Made by a program: the position numbers and the translations under genes
Origin: Eledone cirrhosa
Taxonomy: Eukaryota
Assembly: GCA_964016885.1 (NCBI GenBank)
Contig: OZ024764.1
Coordinates: 16,430,001 to 16,494,000 of the forward strand
Reading direction: 5' to 3'
DNA length: 64,000 bases
The notes under the pieces: generated by a model
What the model was told of the DNA's origin: nothing
Database searches by the model: none
The model's input: the letters and a program-made list of their open reading frames with translations, nothing else
Shown: positions 13,430 to 27,445 of the stretch, piece by piece
Layout: each line of letters starts with the position of its first letter
Position numbering within the stretch: position 1 is the stretch's first letter

Positions 13430-14205
13430 ATACCACCACTGCTACCCTTACTACTACTATAACCACCACTGCTACCATTACTACTACTACTACTACTACT
13501 ATAACTACCACTGCTACCACTACTACTACTATAACCACCACTGCTACCATTACTACTACTATAACCACCACTGCTACCATTACTACTACTATAACAACCA
13601 CTACTACCATTACTACTACTATAACCACCACTACTACCATTACTACTACTATAACCACCATTACTACTACTATAACCACCACTACTACCATTACTACTAC
13701 TATAACCACCACTACTACCATTACTACTACTATAACCACCACTACTACCATTACTACTACCTCCATCACTACTACAACCACCATCACTTCCACTACAACC
13801 ATCACCACAACTACCACCACCACCACCACAATCATCACCACTACTACCACCACTACAACCACCATCACCACCACCACTACTACAACCACCATCACCACCA
13901 CTACTACCACCACTACTACAACCACCACCATCACTACTACCACCACTACAACCACCATCACCACCACCACAACCACCACTACTACAACCACCACCATCAC
14001 TACTACTACCACCACTACTACAACCACCACCATCACTACTACCACCACTACAACCACCATCACCACCACCACTACAACCACTATCACTACTACTACCACC
14101 ACCACTACAACCACCATCACTACTACCACCACCACTGCTACTACCACCATCACCACCACCACTACAACCACCATCACTACTACTACAACCACCATCACCA
14201 CCATC

Positions 14206-14237
<32 letters not shown>

Positions 14238-14250
14238 AACCACCACCATC

Positions 14251-14285
<35 letters not shown>

Positions 14286-14313
14286 CACTACCACCACCAC
14301 CACCACTACTACT
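13430..14313. repeat. (ACT/ACC/ATC)n trinucleotide tract
   Basis: Direct sequence; the poly-Val ORF is an artefact. Confidence 0.95.
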
Positions 14314-14608
14314 ATGTCATGTGTCTCTAGTCAGCCTTCTCCCACCACCACCACCACCACCACCACTTTATTTAACAACCGTTTTTTTTTATCTTCCCAA
14401 ATTCAAATGTTTGTGTTATGTATTTAACCCCAGGTCAGTCCTGATCCAACCTACAATCCCCTCATCAAAAGCCTTTCTACTTATGACCATCCCATCTGTT
14501 TTCACTTATTTATATGTATATTTTCTTCTCAGGTATTATGTATAAAATGTATGGAATTACATTTAGTCTAAAGGTATCTATTTTCTTTTTGTTTTAAACA
14601 CATCGAAG

Positions 14609-17600
14609 GTGTGAGTTGAGGGTGACATTTGTAGCAGGTCTACTGTGTGTGTTGAGGGTGACATTTGTAGCAGGTCTCCTGTGTGTGTTGAGGGTGACAT
14701 TTGTAGCAGGTCTACTGTGTGTGTTGAGGGTGACATTTGTAGCAGGTCTACTGTGTGTGTTGAGGGTGACATTTGTAGCAGGTCTACTGTGTGTGTTGAG
14801 GGTGACATTTGTAGCAGGTCTACTATGTGTGTTGAGGGTGACATTTGTAGCAGGTCTACTGTGTGTGTTGAGGGTGACATTTGTAGCAGGTCTCCTGTGT
14901 GAGTTGAGGGTGACATTTGTAGCAGGTCTCCTGTGTGTGTTGAGGGTGACATTTGTAGCAGGTCAACTGTGTGTGTTGAGGGTGACATTTGTAGCAGGTC
15001 TCCTGTGTGTGATGAGGGTGACATTTGTAGCAGGTCTCCTGTGTGTGTTGAGGGTGACATTTGTAGCAGGTCTCCTGTGTGTGTTGAGGGTGACATTTGT
15101 AGCAGGTCTCCTGTGTGAGTTGAGGGTGACATTTGTAGCAGGTCTCCTGTGTGAGTTGAGGGTGACATTTGTAGCAGGTCTACTGTGTGTGTTGAGGGTG
15201 ACATTTGTAGCAGGTCTCCTGTGTGAGTTGAGGGTGACATTTGTAGCAGGTCTCCTGTGTGTGATGAGGGTGACATTTGTAGCAGGTCTCCTGTGTGAGT
15301 TGAGGGTGACATTTGTAGCAGGTCTCCTGTGTGAGTTGAGGGTGACATTTGTAGCAGGTCAACTGTGTGTGTTGAGGGTGACATTTGTAGCAGGTCTCCT
15401 GTGTGAGTTGAGGGTGACATTTGTAGCAGGTCTCCTGTGTGAGTTGAGGGTGACATTTGTAGCAGGTCTCCTGTGTGAGTTGAGGGTGACATTTGTAGCA
15501 GGTCTCCTGTGTGAGTTGAGGGTGACATTTGTAGCAGGTCTCCTGTGTGAGTTGAGGGTGACATTTGTAGCAGGTCTCCTGTGTGAGTTGAGGGTGACAT
15601 TTGTAGCAGGTCTCCTGTGTGAGTTGAGGGTGACATTTGTAGCAGGTCTCCTGTGTGAGTTGAGGGTGACATTTGTAGCAGGTCTACTGTGTGTGTTGAG
15701 GGTGACATTTGTAGCAGGTCTCCTGTGTGAGTTGAGGGTGACATTTGTAGCAGGTCTCCTGTGTGAGTTGAGGGTGACATTTGTAGCAGGTCTCCTGTGT
15801 GAGTTGAGGGTGACATTTGTAGCAGGTCTCCTGTGTGAGTTGAGGGTGACATTTGTAGCAGGTCTCCTGTGTGAGTTGAGGGTGACATTTGTAGCAGGTC
15901 TCCTGTGTGAGTTGAGGGTGACATTTGTAGCAGGTCTACTGTGTGTGTTGAGGGTGACATTTGTAGCAGGTCTCCTGTGTGAGTTGAGGGTGACATTTGT
16001 AGCAGGTCTCCTGTGTGAGTTGAGGGTGACATTTGTAGCAGGTCTCCTGTGTGAGTTGAGGGTGACATTTGTAGCAGGTCTCCTGTGTGAGTTGAGGGTG
16101 ACATTTGTAGCAGGTCTCCTGTGTGAGTTGAGGGTGACATTTGTAGCAGGTCTCCTGTGTGAGTTGAGGGTGACATTTGTAGCAGGTCTCCTGTGTGAGT
16201 TGAGGGTGACATTTGTAGCAGGTCTCCTGTGTGAGTTGAGAGTGACATTTGTAGCAGGTCAACTGTGTGTTGAGGGTGACATTTGTAGCAGGTCTCCTGT
16301 GTGAGTTGAGGGTGACATTTGTAGCAGGTCTCCTGTGTGTGATGAGGGTGACATTTGTAGCAGGTCTCCTGTGTGTGTTGAGGGTGACATTTGTAGCAGG
16401 TCTCCTGTGTGTGTTGAGGGTGACATTTGTAGCAGGTCTCCTGTGTGTGTTGAGGGTGACATTTGTAGCAGGTCTACTGTGTGAGTTGAGGGTGACATTT
16501 GTAGCAGGTCAACTGTGTGTGTTGAGGGTGACATTTGTAGCAGGTCTCCTGTGTGTGTTGAGGGTGACATTTGTAGCAGGTCTACTGTGTGTGTTGAGGG
16601 TGACATTTGTAGCAGGTCTCCTGTGTGTGTTGAGGGTGACATTTGTAGCAGGTCTACTGTGTGAGTTGAGGGTGACATTTGTAGCAGGTCAACTGTGTGT
16701 GTTGAGGGTGACATTTGTAGCAGGTCTCCTGTGTGTGATGAGGGTGACATTTGTAGCAGGTCTACTGTGTGAGTTGAGGGTGACATTTGTAGCAGGTCTA
16801 CTGTGTGTGTTGAGGGTGACATTTGTAGCAGGTCTACTGTGTGTGTTGAGGGTGACATTTGTAGCAGGTCTACTGTGTGTGATGAGGGTGACATTTGTAG
16901 CAGGTCTCCTGTGTGTGTTGAGGGTGACATTTGTAGCAGGTCTCCTGTGTGAGTTGAGGGTGACATTTGTAGCAGGTCTCCTGTGTGAGTTGAGGGTGAC
17001 ATTTGTAGCAGGTCTACTGTGTGAGTTGAGGGTGACATTTGTAGCAGGTCTACTGTGTGTGTTGAGGGTGACATTTGTAGCAGGTCTACTGTGTGTGTTG
17101 AGGGTGACATTTGTAGCAGGTCTCCTGTGTGTGTTGAGGGTGACATTTGTAGCAGGTCTACTGTGTGTGTTGAGGGTGACATTTGTAGCAGGTCTCCTGT
17201 GTGTGTTGAGGGTGACATTTGTAGTAGGTCTCCTGTGTGTGTTGAGGGTGACATTTGTAGCAGGTCTCCTGTGTGAGTTGAGGGTGACATTTGTAGCAGG
17301 TCTACTGTGTGAGTTGAGGGTGACATTTGTAGCAGGTCTCCTGTGTGTGTTGAGGGTGACATTTGTAGCAGGTCTCCTGTGTGTGTTGAGGGTGACATTT
17401 GTAGCAGGTCTACTGTGTGAGTTGAGGGTGACATTTGTAGCAGGTCTCCTGTGTGTGATGAGGGTGACATTTGTAGCAGGTCTCCTGTGTGTGATGAGGG
17501 TGACATTTGTAGCAGGTCTCCTGTGTGTGATGAGGGTGACATTTGTAGCAGGTCTCCTGTGTGAGTTGAGGGTGACATTTGTAGCAGGTCTACTGTGTGT

Positions 17601-20600
17601 GTTGAGGGTGACATTTGTAGCAGGTCTCCTGTGTGTGATGAGGGTGACATTTGTAGCAGGTCTCCTGTGTGTGATGAGGGTGACATTTGTAGCAGGTCTA
17701 CTGTGTGTGTTGAGGGTGACATTTGTAGCAGGTCTCCTGTGTGTGATGAGGGTGACATTTGTAGCAGGTCTCCTGTGTGAGTTGAGGGTGACATTTGTAG
17801 CAGGTCTCGTGTGTGAGTTGAGGGTGACATTTGTAGCAGGTCTACTGTGTGAGTTGAGGGTGACATTTGTAGCAGGTCTACTGTGTGTGTTGAGGGTGAC
17901 ATTTGTAGCAGGTCTACTGTGTGTGATGAGGGTGACATTTGTAGCAGGTCAACTGTGTGTGTTGAGGGTGACATTTGTAGCAGGTCTCCTGTGTGTGTTG
18001 AGGGTGACATTTGTAGCAGGTCTACTGTGTGTGTTGAGGGTGACATTTGTAGCAGGTCTACTGTGTGTGATGAGGGTGACATTTGTAGCAGGTCAACTGT
18101 GTGTGTTGAGGGTGACATTTGTAGCAGGTCTCCTGTGTGTGTTGAGGGTGACATTTGTAGCAGGTCTACTGTGTGTGTTGAGGGTGACATTTGTAGCAGG
18201 TCTCCTGTGTGTGATGAGGGTGACATTTGTAGCAGGTCTCCTGTGTGTGTTGAGGGTGACATTTGTAGCAGGTCTACTGTGTGTGTTGAGGGTGACATTT
18301 GTAGCAGGTCTACTGTGTGAGTTGAGGGTGACATTTGTAGCAGGTCTACTGTGTGTGTTGAGGGTGACATTTGTAGCAGGTCTCCTGTGTGTGTTGAGGG
18401 TGACATTTGTAGCAGGTCTACTGTGTGTGTTGAGGGTGACATTTGTAGCAGGTCTCCTGTGTGAGTTGAGGGTGACATTTGTAGCAGGTCTCCTGTGTGT
18501 GTTGAGGGTGACATTTGTAGCAGGTCTACTGTGTGTGTTGAGGGTGACATTTGTAGCAGGTCTCCTGTGTGTGATGAGGGTGACATTTGTAGCAGGTCTC
18601 CTGTGTGTGTTGAGGGTGACATTTGTAGCAGGTCTACTGTGTGTGTTGAGGGTGACATTTGTAGCAGGTCTCCTGTGTGTGTTGAGGGTGACATTTGTAG
18701 CAGGTCTACTGTGTGTGTTGAGGGTGACATTTGTAGCAGGTCTCCTGTGTGTGTTGAGGGTGACATTTGTAGCAGGTCTACTGTGTGTGTTGAGGGTGAC
18801 ATTTGTAGCAGGTCTACTGTGTGTGATGAGGGTGACATTTGTAGCAGGTCTCCTGTGTGAGTTGAGGGTGACATTTGTAGCAGGTCTACTGTGTGTGTTG
18901 AGGGTGACATTTGTAGCAGGTCTCCTGTGTGTGTTGAGGGTGACATTTGTAGCAGGTCTACTGTGTGTGTTGAGGGTGACATTTGTAGCAGGTCTACTGT
19001 GTGTGTTGAGGGTGACATTTGTAGCAGGTCTCCTGTGTGTGTTGAGGGTGACATTTGTAGCAGGTCTACTGTGTGTGTTGAGGGTGACATTTGTAGCAGG
19101 TCTACTGTGTGTGATGAGGGTGACATTTGTAGCAGGTCTCCTGTGTGAGTTGAGGGTGACATTTGTAGCAGGTCTACTGTGTGTGTTGAGGGTGACATTT
19201 GTAGCAGGTCTCCTGTGTGTGTTGAGGGTGACATTTGTAGCAGGTCTACTGTGTGTGTTGAGGGTGACATTTGTAGCAGGTCTACTGTGTGTGTTGAGGG
19301 TGACATTTGTAGCAGGTCTCCTGTGTGTGTTGAGGGTGACATTTGTAGCAGGTCTCCTGTGTGTGATGAGGGTGACATTTGTAGCAGGTCTCCTGTGTGA
19401 GTTGAGGGTGACATTTGTAGCAGGTCTCCTGTGTGAGTTGAGGGTGACATTTGTAGCAGGTCTCCTGTGTGTGTTGAGGGTGACATTTGTAGCAGGTCTC
19501 CTGTGTGTGATGAGGGTGACATTTGTAGCAGGTCTCCTGTGTGAGTTGAGGGTGACATTTGTAGCAGGTCTCCTGTGTGTGTTGAGGGTGACATTTGTAG
19601 CAGGTCTCCTGTGTGTGATGAGGGTGACATTTGTAGCAGGTCTCCTGTGTGAGTTGAGGGTGACATTTGTAGCAGGTCTCCTGTGTGAGTTGAGGGTGAC
19701 ATTTGTAGCAGGTCTCCTGTGTGTGTTGAGGGTGACATTTGTAGCAGGTCTCCTGTGTGTGATGAGGGTGACATTTGTAGCAGGTCTCCTGTGTGTGTTG
19801 AGGGTGACATTTGTAGCAGGTCTCCTGTGTGTGATGAGGGTGACATTTGTAGCAGGTCTCCTGTGTGTGTTGAGGGTGACATTTGTAGCAGGTCTCCTGT
19901 GTGTGTTGAGGGTGACATTTGTAGCAGGTCAACTGTGTGTGATGAGGGTGACATTTGTAGCAGGTCTCCTGTGTGTGATGAGGGTGACATTTGTAGCAGG
20001 TCTACTGTGTGTGTTGAGGGTGACATTTGTAGCAGGTCTACTGTGTGTGTTGAGGGTGACATTTGTAGCAGGTCAACTGTGTGTGATGAGGGTGACATTT
20101 GTAGCAGGTCTCCTGTGTGTGTTGAGGGTGACATTTGTAGCAGGTCTCCTGTGTGAGTTGAGGGTGACATTTGTAGCAGGTCTCCTGTGTGTGTTGAGGG
20201 TGACATTTGTAGCAGGTCAACTGTGTGTGATGAGGGTGACATTTGTAGCAGGTCTCCTGTGTGTGTTGAGGGTGACATTTGTAGCAGGTCAACTGTGTGT
20301 GTTGAGGGTGACATTTGTAGCAGGTCTCCTGTGTGTGATGAGGGTGACATTTGTAGCAGGTCTACTGTGTGTGTTGAGGGTGACATTTGTAGCAGGTCTC
20401 CTGTGTGTGTTGAGGGTGACATTTGTAGCAGGTCTCCTGTGTGTGTTGAGGGTGACATTTGTAGCAGGTCTACTGTGTGTGTTGAGGGTGACATTTGTAG
20501 CAGGTCTACTGTGTGTGTTGAGGGTGACATTTGTAGCAGGTCTACTGTGTGTGTTGAGGGTGACATTTGTAGCAGGTCTACTGTGTGTGTTGAGGGTGAC

Positions 20601-21633
20601 ATTTGTAGCAGGTCTACTGTGTGTGTTGAGGGTGACATTTGTAGCAGGTCTACTGTGTGTGTTGAGGGTGACATTTGTAGCAGGTCTCCTGTGTGTGTTG
20701 AGGGTGACATTTGTAGCAGGTCTACTGTGTGTGATGAGGGTGACATTTGTAGCAGGTCTACTGTGTGTGTTGAGGGTGACATTTGTAGCAGGTCTACTGT
20801 GTGTGTTGAGGGTGACATTTGTAGCAGGTCTCCTGTGTGTGTTGAGGGTGACATTTGTAGCAGGTCTCCTGTGTGTGATGAGGGTGACATTTGTAGCAGG
20901 TCTCCTGTGTGTGTTGAGGGTGACATTTGTAGCAGGTCTACTGTGTGTGTTGAGGGTGACATTTGTAGCAGGTCTACTGTGTGTGTTGAGGGTGACATTT
21001 GTAGCAGGTCTCCTGTGTGTGTTGAGGGTGACATTTGTAGCAGGTCTACTGTGTGTGATGAGGGTGACATTTGTAGCAGGTCTACTGTGTGTGTTGAGGG
21101 TGACATTTGTAGCAGGTCTCCTGTGTGAGTTGAGGGTGACATTTGTAGCAGGTCTCCTGTGTGAGTTGAGGGTGACATTTGTAGCAGGTCTCCTGTGTGT
21201 GTTGAGGGTGACATTTGTAGCAGGTCTACTGTGTGTGTTGAGGGTGACATTTGTAGCAGGTCTACTGTGTGTGTTGAGGGTGACATTTGTAGCAGGTCTC
21301 CTGTGTGTGATGAGGGTGACATTTGTAGCAGGTCTCCTGTGTGTGATGAGGGTGACATTTGTAGCAGGTCTACTGTGTGTGTTGAGGGTGACATTTGTAG
21401 CAGGTCTCCTGTGTGAGTTGAGGGTGACATTTGTAGCAGGTCTCCTGTGTGTGTTGAGGGTGACATTTGTAGCAGGTCTCCTGTGTGAGTTGAGGGTGAC
21501 ATTTGTAGCAGGTCTCCTGTGTGTGTTGAGGGTGACATTTGTAGCAGGTCAACTGTGTGTGTTGAGGGTGACATTTGTAACAGGTCTACTGTGTGTGTTG
21601 AGGGTGACATTTGTAGCAGGTCTACTGTGTGTG
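14609..21633. repeat. 36-bp minisatellite, about 195 copies (7 kb)
   Basis: Unit GTTGAGGGTGACATTTGTAGCAGGTCTCCTGTGTGT; variants nearly confined to a few positions; one 2-bp-deleted unit near 16265. Confidence 0.98.
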
Positions 21634-21669
21634 ACCATCTTGTCAAATTGTTCATTTTTATTTTCTACC

Positions 21670-22480
21670 ATAAATAATTGTTTCTACATTTGGCACAAGA
21701 CCTGCAATTATCCCAGTGTATTACTGGTACTTTATTTTATCGACCCCGTAAGGATGAAAGGCAAAGTTAACCTCGGCGGGATTTGAACTCAGAATGGCAA
21801 GGACCATAACTCTACGGATAGAAATAATTGTTTCTACTTTTGGCACAAGGCCAGAAATTGTCCCAGTGCATTACTGGTACTTTATTTTATCGACTTTACG
21901 GATAGCAATAATGTAACCCAAGCAGCAAGTGTCCTCTACGTTCTTAGTTCACATCTATGTCGGGGTTAGCTTTGGCTTTCATCCTTACGGGGAGGGGGGT
22001 GATTCGATCGACTTACCCCTCCCTCAAATATGATGGCCTTGTGCCTAAATAAAAAAAAAAAAAAAAAACATTATTATTATTAGTCATCCTTACGGGGTCG
22101 ATAAAATAAAGTACCAGTAATGCACTGGGATAATTGCTGGCCTTGTGCCAAAAGTAGAAATAATTATTATTAGTTCAAATCCCACCGAGGTTAACTTTGC
22201 CTTTCATCTTTACGGGGATCGATAAAATAAAGTACCAGTAACACACTGGATTCGATTTAATCGATTTTCCCCTCCCTCAAAAATGCTGGCCTTGTGCCTA
22301 AATTAGAAACCAGACGGCCCTTGACGTTCTGATTTCAAATCCCGCCGAGGTTTGCTTTTCCTTTCATCCTTATGGAGTCGATAAAATAAAAATACCAGTA
22401 ACACACTGGGACCGGATTCAATCGACTTCCCCCTCTTTTAAAATTGTTGGTCTTGTGCCTAAATCAGAAACCATTATATT
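21670..22480. mobile_element. Cluster of tandem and inverted SINE copies
   Basis: Repeated GTTCAAATCCCGCCGAGGTTAACTTTGCCTTTCATCC..GATAAAATAAAGTACCAGTAA..GGCCTTGTGCC in both orientations. Confidence 0.8.
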
Positions 22481-22652
22481 TAGTCGCTCTTATTTCTAGC
22501 ATGCCGAACGACCACACAAGGTTCCTTTGTTGAGTTAGTTTAGGTCCGGGTCAACAACCCCTGCTATTGCAAATGTCAACTTTTTTATTATTTTCATAAT
22601 TTATATTCACAGTACATTATCTGATGTGGTTTTCTGTTATTAACTCCAAGGT

Positions 22653-22838
22653 CAGGGCCGAATTAATTAGACCATTGAGGACCGAAGTATTTAAAAAGAT
22701 GACTGTGATCCCCATATGTAAAGTTTGCATTAGAAATATATATATTTATATTTAATTTTAGTAAAAACAGTGGCCCCCTTTTTCCGTTGATGGCCCCAAG
22801 CCTGTGTTTATTTCGCATAATTATAAAATCCTGCCCTG
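22653..22838. mobile_element. hAT-type MITE
   Basis: Termini CAGGGC../..GCCCTG; perfect 8-bp TSD TCCAAGGT at 22645-22652 and 22839-22846. Confidence 0.8.
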
Positions 22839-23216
22839 TCCAAGGTCAGGTGTTTGATCTAATCCTTCCAGTTGTTGGGCATTTCGTCTTTTATTCGGAC
22901 ATGGTGTATCTTGGACTACATTATTTGATGTGCCCTTTCTTTCCCTCTTTAAGATAGTGTTGTGTGTGATTTAAAAGGAAAATTCGGCTCCTATTTCTAG
23001 TAAACCGAACGAGTAGATCGGTTGGTGTTGGTTTGATTAGTAGATGATTGTCTTGTGACCTTGTCATTAGCCATGTTAGTTAAAAACCAGTATTATTATT
23101 AAAGTACCAGTAATGCACTGGGTAATTGCTCGCCTTGTGCCTAAAATAGAAACAAGTATTATTATTAATCAATCGGGTCTGGCCTTGTGCCAAAAGTAGA
23201 ACCAATTATTAATCAA

Positions 23217-23494
23217 TCGGTCAAATAACGGCGGTGGAATGACAGAAATCGGTTAAGCGTAGGACATACTTTGCAGCACATAGCTACGGCCCTTTACATT
23301 CTGGGTTCAAAGCCTCGCCGGGGTTAGCGGGTCGATAGAATATAATACCAGTAATATACTGGGTCGATCAAATATAATACCAGTACTGATGTCGGTCCTA
23401 TTGACTTTTCCGTCAATGTAATAATTATTTCTATTCTCTTCCATCTTCCCCCCATCTTCATCACGACATTTCATTTTTTAATGGACGACCGACG

Positions 23495-23527
<33 letters not shown>

Positions 23528-23700
23528 TAGTACTGGTATTATATTTGATCGACCTCAGTATATTACTGGTATTATATTCTATCGACCCGCTAACCTCGGC
23601 GAGGCTTTGAACCCAGAATGTAAAGGGCCGTAGCTATGTGCTGCAAAGTATGTCCGACGCTTAACCGATTTCTGTCATTCCACCGCCGTTATTTGACCGA
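23217..23700. repeat. Near-perfect ~170-bp inverted repeat of a SINE, ~140-bp spacer
   Basis: 23217-23388 is the reverse complement of about 23529-23700. Confidence 0.9.
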
Positions 23701-23886
23701 AAGAGAGAGATATATTTTAACTTTAATTATATCTCATAAAATAATACTACTGGCTTTCCACAAAATACATATAGTTAGCACCCCAAACACTTAAATTGGG
23801 TTATACTAACATATAACCTAATGTTTGTTGAGTGAGATGGTTACCAGTGGGAGTTTAGCGTTAAGCTATCTCTGTTATTGTATTAA

Positions 23887-23936
<50 letters not shown>

Positions 23937-23976
23937 GATATTAAACAAATGGAAACTATATTTATAAAACCATATT

Positions 23977-24042
23977 TATTTCGTTATATATATTTCTGGG
24001 ATATCATATTAAAAATATGGTATGCCTTCCTCAGACAAAATA
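23977..24042 (-). ncRNA. Minimal type I hammerhead ribozyme (Penelope/retrozyme-like)
   Basis: Minus strand: TATTTTGT CTGAGGA AGGCATACCATATT TTT AATATGATATCCCA GAAA TATATA TA^ACGAAATA; stem I 8 bp; first stem II pair is a mismatch (A.A). Confidence 0.65.
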
Positions 24043-24276
24043 CAATACATAAGCTAAATATTTACTCGTTGTAACCCAACAATCTTAAATAAAACTTTTG
24101 CATATATATATATATATATATATATATACGATATTAATAAATGGAAACTATATTTATAAAACCATATTTATTCCATTATACAAGTATATCTACTCCAAAA
24201 ACTTGTCGAGTGCTTTATATCAGTTATAAAAATATTTACTTGTTGTATCCCAACAACTTTAAATAGAACTTTTGCA

Positions 24277-24312
<36 letters not shown>

Positions 24313-24356
24313 CATGTTCATATATGTATGTATGTATATATACACATACGTATATA

Positions 24357-24394
<38 letters not shown>

Positions 24395-24538
24395 TAGATA
24401 TATATAGATATATATATATACATGTTCATATATGTATGTATATATATATACATGTTCATATATGTATGTATATATATATACATGTTCATATATGTATGTA
24501 TGTATATATACACATACGTATATATATATGTGTATATA

Positions 24539-24594
<56 letters not shown>

Positions 24595-24886
24595 TATGTG
24601 TTTGATATTTTGAATATTAAAGCTGGGCGTCTGCGTTATTGTCCTGTGTTCGTTAATGTTTGTGTCGTGTACACCTCTGGCTGTTTTATGAGTGTATATA
24701 TATATATATGTATGTGTGTCCCCCCAAAAAATATGTACGCACACTCCAGCATTGTAATCCAAGTGAGTATACATTTTTGGGGGACATCCTGTGTCTTTGT
24801 GTGTGTATCATCATCATCATCATCATCATCATCATTATTTTTACGTCCGCTTTTCCCTGCTTGCAAGGGTGGGACAAATGTATATA

Positions 24887-24974
<88 letters not shown>

Positions 24975-25051
24975 CAATACACAGCAGTGTATAAATATTT
25001 AATATAGAAATAGCTTCTACAGGACTAGAACTGTTTCATTCGGGAGAAATC

Positions 25052-25106
<55 letters not shown>

Positions 25107-25598
25107 TGTGTGTGTTTGTATGTATATATATAATGATCATCCATCATTTAATGATCGTTTTCCCTCTATATTTGTTTTCCTTTCTTCCGAGGAGGTTGAT
25201 ATAAAATGTGTAATGGGGTTGACGAAGATTTTCCCCTCCCCAACTTTGACGGTAGTCCGTTGACTAAATATAACAATATATTATGTCTTTGTGTATATAA
25301 AGCGCGGCGTATAAATTATGTATACATACATGCCCATACACATGTGAAAAAGACTCTTTGTTTTGTTTACCTACGTCTACATACGTGTTACAGTTACAGT
25401 CTGTTGTCACATGGACTGGTGCACATAAATTATGCATACACTTACTAACTATACACGCATTCGTTATACCACAGCGATGATGATGGATGATCGTCGCCGT
25501 CGTTAATGTAATATATACACCAGTATGTATGTATGTAAACAGGAGGCACTCCGTTTTAAGATCACGGATTACTTCCAGAAATGTACGTGTGTGAAAAT

Positions 25599-25637
<39 letters not shown>

Positions 25638-25715
25638 CAATATATATATATTTATATACAAGCACAAAAGTATTTGAAGAAATCAACTTGTCTTTCAGAG
25701 CAACGGGCAAATTAA

Positions 25716-25764
<49 letters not shown>

Positions 25765-25954
25765 TAAAACATGTCTATAGACATGTTTTATGATATATGG
25801 CTCTGATTGTTTAATTTATAAATTTTTCATTGAGCCACAAAGTGACCAGTTGCAAAACACATGTATGTGTATGTATATATATATGTAAACTTTTATATAT
25901 ATATATATATGATGGTTTCTGTGTGTCTGTATGCATGAGAAAGAAATTTAAAGA

Positions 25955-26390
25955 GTTAAAATACACCCAGTCTGCCGTGTAAGGTGGTAGTGTTGGTATC
26001 ATGATAAAATACACCCAGTTCACCTTGTATAAAGTGGTAGTGCTGGTGCCGTGATGAAATACACCCAGTCCACCCTGTAAAGTGGTAGTATTGAAATACA
26101 CCCAGTCCACCCTGTAAAATGGTAGTGATGAAATACTCCCAGTCCACCCTGTAAAATGGTAGTGATGAAATACACCCAGTCCACCCTGTAAAGTGGTAGT
26201 GATGAAATACACCCAGTCCACCCTGTAAAGTGGTAGTGATGAAATACTCCCAGTCCACCCTGTAAAATGGTAGTGATGAAATACACCCAGTCCACCCTGT
26301 AAAATGGTAGTGATGAAATACTCCCAGTCCACCCTGTAAAGTGGTAGTGATGAAATACACCCAGTCCACCCTGTAAAGTGGTAGTGCTGA
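25955..26390. repeat. 37-bp minisatellite of the TTACAGGGTGGACTGG seed family (minus orientation)
   Basis: Unit AAATACACCCAGTCCACCCTGTAAAATGGTAGTGATG. Confidence 0.9.
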
Positions 26391-26944
26391 TGCAGGGATG
26401 AAACTGCCTGCCTAACACTCGTTGTACACCACTTACCATCACTCTAGCAACCCACCACAATTATTTCCTACTGAATCTCATATTTGTTAAGTCTAACATA
26501 GAGATTATAATAATATCAATGACTTACTGTAGCTCATAGGGTAGGTTAGGTTACCATAGGTTTGTTAAGGTTAGGTTAGTTTATTCTGTGAGTCAGAACT
26601 CACTTGCGACTGAAGTGTTTTAGAAGAAGTGTCTGAGCCTTTAGTGCGGCACTAAATTTTTTAAATTATTTCCCCTGCAACTGCCTTATTTTTGAGGGTC
26701 GTTTTATCTGGCGAATATAGCCCTAAACCTTAATTACACCTCAAAATTTTAGGGATCGATGTGTACGCCGGTATATACGGTATATTATCAAATTCTTGGT
26801 TATTTGAAAACCACAGATGGTGTCTTTCATGAGAAATATGGTAAAGAAAGGATTATAGATGTTACATAGAATATTTTCTGGTCTTCACTCCGGATCTCTG
26901 AAGTCAACTCTACCTTTCACTCTTTTGAGGTCGATTAAAAACGA

Positions 26945-27180
26945 TGCGCATGAAAGACGACAGCTGTATATAAAAAAGTGCAGGGCGATCAACATTGATG
27001 GAAGTTACGGAGTAGGTAGACCCAGACAAACCTGGGACGATTTGATAAATTCCGACCTTACACACTTGCACTTCTTTAAGACAATGTCACTGGACCGAGA
27101 TCTTTGGCGCTACGCAGTAATACAGAAGACCCGCCTTGCCTATGTACAAAGCAACACCTGCAGTCAGTAGGCACCCCTTA
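26945..27180 (+). mobile_element. RTE LINE 3' coding fragment
   Basis: KKCRAINIDGSYGVGRPRQTWDDLINSDL...DRDLWRYAV; same family as 38398-38900. Confidence 0.85.
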
Positions 27181-27445
27181 ATCAAATATACTGGGCTCCA
27201 CCAGGTATAAAGAATGCCCTAAGAAATTCTTTATATCAATATGGACCCCTACAAAGTTACAGCACCATACATACAAATTTAATAGCAGTGTTGTACTGGG
27301 GTGAATCCTTCCTCTCTGTCACTCTCTCTCTCTATATATATATATATCTTTTGATGAACTCTGTCCTGTAAGTTGGCCTTATTGATGACACAAGAAAAGT
27401 ACCCAGTCCACCATATATGGTGGTCGTTTTGGTATCATGACAAAG

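Noticed and set aside
14578-21786. Giant ORFs (up to 1839 aa), including a frame with repeated CYKCH (CxxCH) resembling a multiheme cytochrome c
   Set aside because: They result from a 36-bp unit lacking stops. The CxxCH frame is repeatedly broken by TAG variants, both strands are open, there is no signal peptide or codon-position bias, and the context is animal repeat DNA
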